A stretch of 64,000 nt of DNA. It comes from Octopus sinensis (taxonomy: Eukaryota). The position numbers and the translations under genes are program-made. The DNA lies in NCBI RefSeq assembly GCF_006345805.1, contig NC_043022.1, positions 1,550,001-1,614,000 on the forward strand, in the 5' to 3' direction. Shown here piece by piece: positions 1 to 13,420 of this stretch. Numbering within the stretch: position 1 is the stretch's first letter; each line of letters begins with the position of its first letter. Under the pieces are notes generated by a model that was not told the origin of the DNA, did not search any database, and saw only the letters and a program-made list of their open reading frames with translations.

Positions 1-506
1 AAATTCCATTACCCTTAAGTGTGGAAAGCAGTTTTATATGCTAACCTATCTTTTTTTGAGGAATGTCATGTCTGAAATTATTTTTTGTTGAGATAATGTC
101 AAGTTCTATGAGACAATGTGACTCGCAGAAAATACCAATTCTATTATTTTTTTTGCAAGATATTCAGCATCATTACTGGAATAAGCATGAAATTAAATAT
201 TCTGCAGTTAAAGGCTTAAACCTGGAGCTAACAAAACATTGCATAATGAGAACTAACGGAGCACAGCAAAATAGGTGCACTTAACATAGATTTGTAAATT
301 TGTGTTAATTATATTCTTTCAGTAATGTTTAAAGTCACAGTGGCTCTAATATCCGAGAGGAGGGAGAAGAGCCTAATTACCGAAGAACAGGCATTGCTAC
401 AGACTCTAAACATGGCCGGGTGGTTGTCAAGTACCCTTTGTGATCAGATGGTTTTTGGTTCAATCCCACTACAGAGTACCTTGGGTGCTTTCTACCTTTG
501 CCCCAG

Positions 507-508
<2 letters not shown>

Positions 509-542
<34 letters not shown>

Positions 543-701
543 TATAATATATGTATATATATAATATATGTATATATATAATGTATATATATGTATGTAT
601 ATATATATGTATATATATATATGTATATATATATATGTATATATATATGTGTGTATATATGTATATATATGTGTGTGTGTATATACATATATATGTGTGT
701 G

Positions 702-754
<53 letters not shown>

Positions 755-973
755 GTATGTTTATATATATATGTATGTATATATATCTATCTATCTATAT
801 ATATGTATATATATCTATCTATATATATATGTATCTATCTATATATATGTGTATATATATCTATATATATATATATGTATCTATATATATATATAGATAG
901 ATATATATATGTATCTATATATATAGATAGATATATATATATATCTATATGTATATATCTATCTATATGTATA

Positions 974-1050
<77 letters not shown>
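509..1050. repeat. Compound (TA)n/(TATG)/(TCTA) microsatellite; many similar tracts throughout (e.g. 17860-18427, 41520-41770, 45480-46220, 52940-53270, 56500-56930)
   Basis: Direct inspection. Confidence 0.95.
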
Positions 1051-1058
<8 letters not shown>

Positions 1059-1318
1059 TTCATTGGATGAAGTATTGAAGGACAAACTCAGGATGTTGGA
1101 CCTTTCAGGGGAGATGACAAAGGACTAAGATGCCTGGCACTTGCCGTATTCAAGAAGACCCCGTACTCTGCAACAGAAGCACATTAAGGCCAATCCTGTC
1201 TGGTGGTGCAAAGCACTTGTGGTGGTGCAAAGCACTTGTGGTGGTGCCGCCTCATAAATGTGACCATGCAGTGACACAAAAATGCTGATGCAGTGCCGGA
1301 AACCCTAATGGGACTTAC

Positions 1319-1420
1319 TTTCAGTTCTTGGTCTTGTTTTTTGAATTCTTCATCTTCATCGCTGTCACATTCTGGAAATTCATAGATCTGGATGTCATGT
1401 TGCTCAATTTCTTGCAGGAT
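1319..1420 (-). CDS. SEPT5-like: Septin exon: [34 protein letters not shown]
   Basis: 102 nt; acceptor gtttgtag, donor gtaagt; phase 0 to 0; FPxCDSDEDE motif typical of the SEPT2 subgroup. Confidence 0.96.
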
Positions 1421-1511
1421 CTACAAACAGGAAACAAAAGAAATATACTGATTATATATATACATATACTAATTATGTATACATACATACATAAACATCT
1501 ATATACATCTA

Positions 1512-1552
<41 letters not shown>

Positions 1553-1990
1553 ATGTATGTATGATGGTATGTATGTATGTATGTATTTATGTATGTATGT
1601 ATGTATGTATGTATGTATGTATGTATGTATGTATGTATGTATGAAGCAGTGTTTTATATACAGACACTATAGAACAGAGAAGTCAGCCCACAACACCATT
1701 TCTCTGAAAATTTCTTGAAGAAGGGATCCTAACCTCAAAATATTGAAATTTCTTATAATTTCCTTTATTTTGGCTTTAAAAGAAAAAAATCAAAATCACA
1801 CACACACACATATACACATAATTAGGATAAAGTCATCAGTTAATAATTTATCAGTGGCCAGCATACCAACAAGACCATATTGGTTAATTTGTATTTAAGT
1901 ATAATTATAAAAATATAATTATAATAAACGGTGTCTATTTCTAGCATAAAGGCATCGTCACTTCATTATAATTGTATTTTTATGATTATA

Positions 1991-2033
<43 letters not shown>

Positions 2034-5000
2034 TATATATATATTTACAGTTGTTGATGTATACCAGCCTCCACAATCCACACCATTGATGTTATCCAAG
2101 GGAAAGGCAAAGGGGCTGATACAGCTTGGCACCAGTGACTTCACAACTCGTTTCCACAGCTGAGTGAACTGGAGCAATGTGAAATAAAGTGTCTTGCTCA
2201 AGAACACAACACACAGCCTGGTCTGTAAATCGAACTCACTATATATATTATATATAGATAGATAGATAGCTAGACAGAGAGAGAGAGAGAGACGGAGAAA
2301 GAGAGAGAGAGCAAGTGTGAGAGATTGTATATGCTTCTCATCTTTACACACATGTGTGCACACATACATGTGCAGAAGTGGAAATAATCAGTGAGATGTG
2401 AATTAGGCCAAGTGAAACAGAGACCAGAATAATTTATGCTTGGAATGAGACCAGGTCAGAGCCAAGCAGGAAATTGTTGGTTGGAATTAGATTAGAACTG
2501 AATTAGAGCCAAAACACCAGGAACTTACTTGGAATCAGACCAGAAGATTCTCAGTGAACGCACAAGAAGAAATGACTTGCAGCTAGAACTGACGCAGAAG
2601 AAGTCAGCAAAAACTGACTGACTTGTGGCGTAACAGAAATACAATACATTTACATACACAAACACATCATCACCACCGCCATCACAGCCACCACCACCAC
2701 CACCACCATCATCATCACCACCACCACCACCATCACAGCCGCTACCACCACCACCCACACCACCTACCAGTATCATGATCATTACCACCATCATTACTCA
2801 CCACCACCACCACCACCACTCACCACCACCACCACCACCACTCACCACCACCACCACCATTTCAACATCTACTTATCTATGTTCACACGGGTCAGGCAGA
2901 AATTGTTGAGGCAGGTTTTCTGAAATTCCAACTGTTTCCAAATATAGTAATACTTACCCCATCAGCCCAACATGTTTTCAGGGAAGGTTGGAAACAAAGG
3001 ATACCACTTGTATAGGTGCCCTGCAGCAGGACTGAACCTGGAAACATGCAGTTGGGAAGCAAATTTCATAACCACACAATCATGCACACACACATATACA
3101 ACAGTCTTCTACATTCTTGGTCCCTCCTAAATTTCACTCACAAGGGACCAATTGATCCCGCTTTTAATTATTTCACCAATGTCACACTATGACCTTTCAC
3201 TGACCTCTTGACGAACTCTTGACCTACCTTGGCCTTTTTTTTCTTCACTTCTGAAGGGGTCAGCATATCAGATTTGGCTAGCAGTGGGACTATGTTCACC
3301 TTTTGATGGATTTTCTTCATCATATCAACGTCAACTGGTTTTAACCTGATAGAAAGAGAAAATATACACAAATAGATAGATATAAATACACATGTATGTA
3401 AAACAATGAAGTCAATCCAAGTAATGAGATTTTAGATGCATTTAACATGCATGTTTCAGATAATTACATGATATATAAAAAGGGAATTTTCAAACCAGTC
3501 TGGTATTATCTGCACAGCTTGAAGTAAGGTGAATAAAAATCAAATAAATAACAGGATGTAAGGTATTAATGCAATACAACCGTTTCAGGTGGCTCCATTT
3601 AATTGAACAATGTAAGCATTACATCAATTTAAATACAGTGCCACCTTCAGTTGCAAAAAAAATATATGGATTTTCAACAGACAATATATATATATATATA
3701 ATCAGCCGAAATTGCAAGGATAATCTGGTGCTTGACTGAGGATAGAGGACTTCGAATGACCCATCCTTGTTTTCTTTGTATCGTCTATCTGGATGTTTTG
3801 TTGTCCCTTTTTGTATCACCTAGCTGTCTGGATGTTTTGCGTTCTTGTCCCATTTTGTATTTTATGTATATATATATATATATTATATATATATATATAA
3901 TATATATATTTACAGTTGTTGATGTATACCAGCCTCCACAATCCACACCATTGATGTTATCCAAGGGAAAGGCAAAGGGGCTGATACAGCTTGGCACCAG
4001 TGACTTCACAACTCGTTTCCACAGCTGAGTGAACTGGAGCAATGTGAAATAAAGTGTCTTGCTCAAGAACACAACTCACAGCCTGGTCTGTAAATCGAAC
4101 TCACTATATATATTATATATAGATAGATAGATAGCTAGACAGAGAGAGAGAGAGAGAGAGACGGAGAAAGAGAGAGAGAGCAAGTGTGAGAGATTGTATA
4201 TGCTTCTCATCTTTACACACATGTGTGCACACATACATGTGCAGAAGTGGAAATAATCAGTGAGATGTGAATTAGGCCAAGTGAAACAGAGACCAGAATA
4301 ATTATGCTTGGAATGAGACCAGGTCAGAGCCAAGCAGGAAATTGTTGGTTGGAATTAGATTAGAACTGAATTAGAGCCAAAACACCAGGACCTTACTTGG
4401 AATCAGACCAGAAGATTCTCAGTGAACGCACAAGAAGAAATGACTTGCAGCTAGAACTGACGCAGAAGAAGTCAGCAAAAACTGACTGACTTGTGGCGTA
4501 ACAGAAATACAATACATTTACATACACAAACACATCATCACCACCGCCATCACAGCCACCACCACCACCACCACCACCATCACAGCCGCTACCACCACCA
4601 CCACCACCACCACCATCACAGCCGCTACCACCACCACCCACACCACCTACCAGTATCATGATCATTACCACCATCATTACTCACCACCACCACCATCACC
4701 ACTCACCACCACCACCACCATTTCAACATCTACTTATCTATGTTCACACGGGTCAGGCAGAAATTGTTGAGGCAGGTTTTCTGAAATTCCAACTGTTTCC
4801 AAATATAGTAATACTTACCCCATCAGCCCAACATGTTTTCAGGGAAGGTTGGAAACAAAGGATACCACTTGTATAGGTGCCCTGCAGCAGGACTGAACCT
4901 GGAAACATGCAGTTGGGAAGCAATTTCATAACCACACAATCATGCACACACACATATACAACAGTCTTCTACATTCTTGGTCCCTCCTAAATTTCACTCA

Positions 5001-5721
5001 CAAGGGACCAATTGATCCCGCTTTTAATTATTTCACCAATGTCACACTATGACCTTTCACTGACCTCTTGACGAACTCTTGACCTACCTTGGCCTTTTTT
5101 TTCTTCACTTCTGAAGGGGTCAGCATATCAGATTTGGCTAGCAGTGGGACTATGTTCACCTTTTGATGGATTTTCTTCATCATATCAACGTCAACTGGTT
5201 TTAACCTGATAGAAAGAGAAAATATACACAAATAGATAGATATAAATACACATGTATGTAAAACATGAAGTCAATCCAAGTAATGAGATTTTAGATGCAT
5301 TTAACATGCATGTTTCAGATAATTACATGATATATAAAAAGGGAATTTTCAAACCAGTCTGGTATTATCTGCACAGCTTGAAGTAAGGTGAATAAAAATC
5401 AAATAAATAACAGGATGTAAGGTATTAATGCAATACAACCGTTTCAGGTGGCTCCATTTAATTGAACAATGTAAGCATTACATCAATTTAAATACAGTGC
5501 CATCTTCAGTTGCAAAAAAAATATATGGATTTTCAACAGACAATATATATATATATATAATCAGCCGAAATTGCAAGGATAATCTGGTGCTTGACTGAGG
5601 ATAGAGGACTTCGAATGACCCATCCTTGTTTTCTTTGTATCGTCTATCTGGATGTTTTGTTGTCCCTTTTTGTATCACCTAGCTGTCTGGATGTTTTGCG
5701 TTCTTGTCCCATTTTGTATTT

Positions 5722-5758
<37 letters not shown>

Positions 5759-6595
5759 TCATCATCATCATCATCGTTTAACGTCCGCTTTCCATGCTAG
5801 CATGGGTTGGACGGTTCAACTGGGGTCTGGGGAGCCCGAAGGCTGCACTAGGCCAGTCAGATCTGGCATTGTTTCTACAGCTGGATGCCCTTCCTAACGC
5901 CAACCACTCCGAGAGTGTAGTGGGTGATTTTATGTGCCACCGACACAGGTGCCAGACGAGGCTGGCGAACGGCCACGCTCGGATGGTGTTTTTTATGTTC
6001 CACCGACACAGGTGCCAGACGAGGCTGGCAGACGGCCACGCTCGGATGGTGTTTTTTATGTGCCACCGACACAGGTGCCAGACGAGGCTGGCGAACGGCC
6101 ACGATCGGATGGTGTGAGAGTTTTTGCATGATTTTTGATTCCATGATGGGTGTAGTATGGTTAAGTTGTGAATGGGCATCAAAATAACTCTTAGAACTCT
6201 GCAACAATATCTTCTTTTTCCACAAATGCACCGTAAAATGGAAAAAGTCGAAACCAAAAACACCTCTGCTTATTTATCAGCTATAAAGCACAGTTTCCTT
6301 TGCATCTTCTTTGGGTAGCTTTTAAATGACTGTAATGAGATTACTCTAAAATATGACATCAACATGTCTTTTTTTGTGATTTCATCTTCTACTCTCTTTT
6401 ACTTGTTTCAGTCATTTGACTGCAGCCATGCTGGAGCACCACCTTTAGCTGAGGATTTATTCTTTGTAAGCCTAGTACTTATTCTATTGGTCTCTATTGC
6501 CGAACCGCTAAGTGACGGGGACGTAAACGCACCAGCATCGGTTGTCAAGTGATGTTGGGGCGACAAACACAGACACAAACATATACATACATACA

Positions 6596-6677
<82 letters not shown>

Positions 6678-7603
6678 TATGACAAGTTTCTTTCAGTTTC
6701 CGTCTACCAAATCCACTCACAAGGCTTTGGTCGGCCTGTGACTATAGAAGAAAACACTTGCCCAAGGTGCCCTGCAGTAGGAATGAACCCGGAGCCATGT
6801 GGTTGGTAAGCAAGCTACTTACCACACAGCCACTCCTCCTACCTTCATAAATGCTTCAAAATATGCAAAAAAATACTGTAAATATTGTAATTTATCAAAT
6901 TCAGAAAATTTTTCATGTAGATATAAATAACAGAACACTCCCGTCTCTCCTTGTGGATATGTATGTGTATGTATATATGTTTGTGTTTGTGTGTACATAT
7001 ATGTACGTATATGTATGTATATATGTTTGTGTTTGTATATATGTATGTATGAATGTATTTCTAGACATGTCCCTGCCCATACATACCATAACACTGGATG
7101 TCACATCCACACACATGGACACATTCACATAGACCAAATTAATTGGAGCATAAAAAGAGAAAAGCGTAGCCACTCACCCATGACCAAACGGAGAAACAAA
7201 ATAGAGACAGCAGTGGACCCGATTGTCTTGAATATTTTTACGGTTTAGACCGCTCTCATCTTTAAAATATTGATCGAACTGAGAATCAATATAATTAATG
7301 ATTGGTTTGTTACTGAAAATAGAAGAGGAAGAGAGAGTTATGATTAGTAATTAATAAGTCGTTAGTAATTTGTTGGATCAAAGTAGGAATGTTTGAAGTG
7401 GAGGGGTGTTTAGGGGTGAGGGCTTTGTTAAGGGAAGGTGTTCTCATACTGAGTTTGATTTGCAATCAGTGGAATTAGCTACTATTACACCTACTACTAC
7501 TACTACTACCAAGACTATCACCATCATCACCACCACAACTACTACCACTGCACCACCACCACCACCACCACTGCTGCCACCACTAGTACTACTAGTGCTG
7601 GTA

Positions 7604-7638
<35 letters not shown>

Positions 7639-9942
7639 ACCACTGCTGCTGCTAATACTACTAGTGTTGATATTGCTGCTGCAACTACTACCACCACCAC
7701 CACCACTGTTACCACTACAACTAGTACTGCTGCTGCTACTACTATTACTACTGGTGCTACTGCTACTACAACTACTACTACCCCACCATCACCCTGCCCC
7801 CACCTCTACTACAACTTCTGCCACCACCACCACCACCACCACTGTTACCAATACTACTAGTGCTGCTGCTACTACTACTATTACTACTACCAGTGCTGCT
7901 GCTGCTGCTACTACTATCACTACTACTATTAGTGCGGGTGCTACTGCTGCTACTACTACTACTACCACACCATCACCTTGCCCCCACCTCTACTACAAGT
8001 ACTGCTGCTGCCACCGCCACCACCACCACCACCACCACCACCACAACAGCCACCATATAGGCTTGTGCTTCTTAATATGAACAGTGTATCGTTAAATGTG
8101 CAAGAGGGTTAAAGCAGGTCTTACCTCTCCTCTCCGTTGACAGAGTCATTAAAACCCGGAGTGTCAACGATCGTGAGTCGCAGGCGAACTCCCCTCTCTT
8201 CGATTTCCAACTGCTTCTTTTCAATTTGTGTTGTCTTATGTATTCGGTCTGTGAAAGATTAACGATTGTATGATGGTGAGAGAAAGAGACAGAGTTATGG
8301 TTGAGAGACACGAGGACATGGGGTGGACAAGACTCAGAGATATATAAATATATATCTAATACTTTTTTTTCTCTATTACTCTTTACTCTTTACTCTTTTA
8401 CTTGTTTCAGTCATTTGACTGTGGCCATGCTGGAGCACCGCCTTTAGTCGAGCAAATCAACCCCGGGACTTATTCTTTGTAAGCCCAGTACTTATTCTAT
8501 CGGTCTCTTTTGCCGAACCGCTAAGTCACGGGGACGTAAACACACCAGCATCGGTTGTCAAGCAATGCTAGGGGGACAAACACACACAAACACACACACA
8601 TATATATACATATATACGACAGGCTTCTTTCAGTTTCCGTCTACCAAATCCACTCACAAGGTATTGGGTGGCCCGGGGCTATAGCAGAAGACACTTGCCC
8701 AAGATGCCACACAGTGGGACTGAACCCAGAACCATGTGGTTGGTTAGCAAGCTACTTACCACAAGATGGCTCGAAACAGTTGTAGTGATTAATAAACATT
8801 CTCCTACTTTTTTTATCTTTCTCATTAATCAAATATATATATATGATGATGATGATGATGATGATGGCTGTCCACTGGTGACCGAGGAAGACCATTGCTG
8901 ATCTTTAGGAGCATTGTGTGTTCTAGGACTAACTTATATTTTGCATTTGCGACTCTGCTGGTGGCTAAAGAGCCATGCTCTTGACATACACAACTGCAAA
9001 TATGGCAAACTAAGCTTTTCCCATTCACTACACCAGCAGTATGCTTTCGAGCAGCACACTTGAATGTATATATATATATATATATATGAGTGACTGTGTG
9101 GTAAGTAGCTTGCTTACCAACCACATGGTTCCGGGTTCAGTCCCACTGTGTGGCACCTTGGGCAAGTGTCTTCTACTATAGCCTCGGGCCGACCAAAGCC
9201 TTGTGAGTGGATTTGGTAGACGGAAACTGAAAGAAGCCTGTCGTATATATGTATATATATATATATATGCATGTGTGTGTGTGTTTGTCCCCCTAGCATT
9301 GCTTGACAACCGATGCTGGTGTGTTTATGTTCCTGTTACTTAGAGGTTCGGCAAAAGAGACCGATAGAATAAGTACTGGGCTTACAGAAGAATAAGTCCC
9401 GGGGTCGAGTTGCTCGATTAAAGGCGGTGCTCCAGCATGGCCGCAGTCAAATGACTGAAACAAGTAAAAGAGTAAAAGAATATATATATATATATAGAGT
9501 GGTTGTGTACTGTCAACTTAACGTGACAGTCCCGTATGGGAATTACACCACTGCTGTTTAGCCCTAGGAAGCATCGAATGCTTCCTGTTGGTTTTGACAC
9601 ATTTCCTGTGTCCTTATATTTGTGAAGGGGAGGCAAGCACCCCCACCAGTTAGGATTCACACCTGAGGACATGCATGTTTCTGGGTCTTAACCCGTCATC
9701 AGCCCAGGATAGTGAGACCTGCTGGTTGAGGTGCCTGTCTAGCCTTCACAAATATATATATTTACAGTGAAATCTATTCACTGATCACCATAATTAGAAA
9801 TATTAAATTTCTAAATGTCTCAGAGAGATATGAGCAGTGGTGGAGTGATAGAGTGGTTCTATACTGTCAACTTAACGTGACAGTCCCGTAAAGGGAATCA
9901 CACCACCGCTATTTAGCCCTAATACACACACACACACACACA

Positions 9943-9982
<40 letters not shown>

Positions 9983-10773
9983 GAGGATGCAGATATATAT
10001 ATGTATGTATATATACATACATACACACATATATATTATATAATATATATACAATACATATATATATTGTGTGTGTGTGTATGTATGTATATATATATCT
10101 ATATATATATTATGTGAAATAGAAAGATGAATAATCTTGTAGTAGATTAATCAAAAGTTTAACCGATACCTTAGCAGCAAAATCACAGCAGTAAACAGCA
10201 CGGTTGGAGTACAACCATATGGTGTTGCAACCGTGCGTTGGTGCGGATAATTGAAATTAAAACATTATTGGTGAATTGGAAGAAATGGAGCTGAACGCAA
10301 TTGAACAGAATCGTTTTATTTCATTCTACACATGTTTCGAAAGGCACAAATTACCAAAATCCGATTGAATAATGGGACCATATTGTGTCTTTCTCTTCAG
10401 GAAGATACATAGGAAATCCGTTGGAAAAACAAAACAGAACAGAGGCGGAGCAAAAACAAATCGACTATGCTCCTAAGAGCCCATGCGGAACTGTTTATCA
10501 GTGAATGTTGAGAACCGGTGGCTGAAGAATTTAACGGGTCAGGCATCGGTCAATCATGTGGGTGAGGGTGTGTGGTGTTCTTTGTGACCGAGAATAAAGT
10601 TCTGACTATTTAAGGAATATGGATGTTTTATAAGGGGCGAGAAAAAATCTACTTAGAGACGTGTGTGTGTGTATACTGTTCTATATTGTGTGTGTTGGCG
10701 TAGGGGTGAAAACATTTTTGTGTACGTGTGTGCGTTTGATCGTTCGGTTCTGTCAGTGGCTACAATAATGTTT

Positions 10774-10843
<70 letters not shown>

Positions 10844-11716
10844 GGTGAGATTGTAGTTTCAGTTCCTAGATTGGATGCTGTGTTGTGTTCTTGATGGAGA
10901 GAGTGAGCACATACATTTGACCACTATAAACACAAATCATTGGTACCGGTCATTCGGCAAGAGCTTTACACTCCCACATTGTCTTCGAGAGGAAAGTCCT
11001 TCGCGTATGCCCATACATACATAGATACGTAGATCCATAGTGATTGCTCCATTCACACAGATGGTTGTCTTCTTGCTGAGCTTCCTCACTGTCAGTAAAT
11101 GTTTCTGATCTCCTATCATACATCCACACACAGTAACTGGTTTCAAATCTTAGCACAAGGCCAGCAATTTCAGGAGAGGGAGTAAGTCGATTACATTGAC
11201 CCCAGTTTTCAACAGGTACTTATTTTATCGACGCTAAAAGGATGAAAGGTAAAGTCAACCTTGATGGAATTTGAACTCAAAATGCAAAGATAGACATCTT
11301 TCTCATTAATCAAATATATATATATATACATCATCATCATCATCATCATCGTTTAACGTCCGATGATATGTCTCATTTATACCTGCAATATATGGCTAAT
11401 AGGTTAAATGAGACATACTTATCTGCATGGCCGAAACAGCTGTCAGTTATATGTATATGTATTTTTATATCTTGTTATATATATTATTTAGTTATATCTC
11501 ATTATATTGATTGTAATTATTGAACTGTATTAATGTCTAATCTTAATGCTCTTGTGTCGTGTTTTAATAAAGTATATGATTCGGTATTATCTCATAGTTG
11601 ATGAATGATTTAGATATATTTCTCCATTTTCTCATTTTGTATATATATATATATATAAATTAAATTAGAGATAAAACCACTATTAGGCAAATATTTTTAC
11701 TCCCTAATATTATTAT

Positions 11717-11751
<35 letters not shown>

Positions 11752-12442
11752 ATGTATGTATTTATCTTATATATATTATGTGAAATAGAAAGATGAATAA
11801 TCTTGTAGTAGATTAATCAAAAGTTTAACCGATACCTTAGCAGCAAAATCACAGCAGTAAACAGCACGGTTGGAGGTACAACCATATGGTGTTGCAACCG
11901 TGCGTTGGTGCGGATAATTGAAATTAAAACATTATTGGTGAATTGAAGAAATGGAGCTGAACGCAGTTGAACAGAAATCGTTTTATTTCATTCTACACAT
12001 GTTTCGAAAGGCACAAATTACCAAAATCCGATTGGAATAATGGGACCATATTGTGTCTTTCTCTCAGGAAGAAATAGGAAATCCGTTGGAAAAACAAAAA
12101 CAGAACAGAGGCGGAGCAAAAACAAATCGAACTATGCTCCTAAGAGCCCATGGCGGAACTGTTTATCAGTGAATGTTGAGAACCGGTGGCTGAAGAATTT
12201 AACGGGTCAGGCATCGGTCATCATGTGGGTGAGGGTGTGTGGGTGTTTCTTTGTGACGAGAATAAAGTTCTGACTATTTAAGGAATATGGATGTTTTATA
12301 AGGGGCGAGAAAAATCTACTTAGAGACGTGTGTGTGTGTATACTGTTCTATATATGTGTGTGTTGGCGTAGGGGTAGAAAACATTTTTTGTGTACGTGTG
12401 GCGTTTGATCGTTCGGCTGTCAGTGGCTACAATAATGTTTTA

Positions 12443-12507
<65 letters not shown>

Positions 12508-13381
12508 ATGTGAGATTGTAGTTTCAGTTCCTAGATTGGATGCTGTGTTGTGTTCTTGATGGAGAGAGTGAGCACATACATTTGACCACTATAAACACAA
12601 ATCATTGGTACCGGTCATTCGGCAAGAGCTTTACACTCCCACATTGTCTTCGAGAGGAAAGTCCTTCGCGTATGCCCATACATACATATAGATACGTAGA
12701 TCCATAGTGATTGCTCCATTCACACAGATGGTTGTCTTCTTGCTGAGCTTCCTCACTGTCAGTAAATGTTTCTGATCTCCTATCATACATCCACACACAG
12801 TAACTGGTTTCAAATCTTAGCACAAGGCCAGCAATTTCAGGAGAGGGAGTAAGTCGATTACATTGACCCCAGTTTTCAACAGGTACTTATTTTATCGACG
12901 CTAAAAGGATGAAAGGTAAAGTCAACCTTGATGGAATTTGAACTCAAAATGCAAAGATAGACATCTTTCTCATTAATCAAATATATATATATATACATCA
13001 TCATCATCATCATCATCGTTTAACGTCCGATGATATGTCTCATTTATACCTGCAATATATGGCTAATAGGTTAAATGAGACATACTTATCTGCATGGCCG
13101 AAACAGCTGTCAGTTATAATGTATATGTATTTTTATATCTTGCTATATTTATTTAGTTATATCTCATTATATTGATTGTAATTATTGAACTGTATTAATG
13201 TCTAATCTTAATGCTCTTGTGTCGTGTTTTAATAAAGTATATGATTCGGTATTATCTCATAGTTGATGAATGATTTAGATATATTTCTCCATTTTCTCAT
13301 TTTGTATATATATATATATATAAATTAAATTAGAGATAAAACCACTATTAGGCAAATATTTTTACTCCCTAATATTATTAT

Positions 13382-13420
<39 letters not shown>

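Larger units (their letters stand above)
2000..5755. repeat. Direct tandem duplication, unit about 1860 bp, includes the septin G4 exon
   Basis: About 2000-3880 versus 3880-5755 near-identical; both junctions lie in (TA)n tracts. Confidence 0.95.
10065..13400. repeat. Direct tandem duplication, unit about 1670 bp, intronic
   Basis: About 10065-11730 versus 11730-13400; differences are mostly 1-nt indels; junctions in TA/TG microsatellites. Confidence 0.95.

Noticed and set aside
377-1078. Long ORFs rich in YI/HT/CV dipeptides here and at 17833-18626, 33925-34408, 39620-40177, 41361-41889, 45455-46372, 52799-53560, 56358-57113, 57946-59292 and 62265-62755
   Set aside because: Translations of TA/CA/TG microsatellites, which lack stop codons in most frames; no coding signal.
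1-1318. Search for the next septin exon (PFAVxGS...RGRxYPWG)
   Set aside because: Not found; it must lie beyond the left edge of the window.
5931-6115. Three 64-bp repeats, and the 25-bp array at 58545-59135, superficially CRISPR-like
   Set aside because: No unique spacers, eukaryotic context and no cas genes; these are an internal minisatellite of a retroposon and a CA-derived minisatellite.
6364-6809. Recurrent peptides such as [14 protein letters not shown] and [33 protein letters not shown]
   Set aside because: Chance translations of SINE family A, found at every copy.
7406-8080. 224-aa poly-T/poly-P/poly-L ORF; similar poly-D/poly-M/poly-V ORFs at 16364-16809, 17085-17642 and 27552-27884
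   Set aside because: Degenerate trinucleotide arrays inside septin introns, on either strand, without splice or homology support.
10937-11156. ORFs [23 protein letters not shown] (also 12602-12823)
   Set aside because: Start within a SINE fragment, no septin similarity, no convincing splice sites, and the frame differs between the two duplicate copies.
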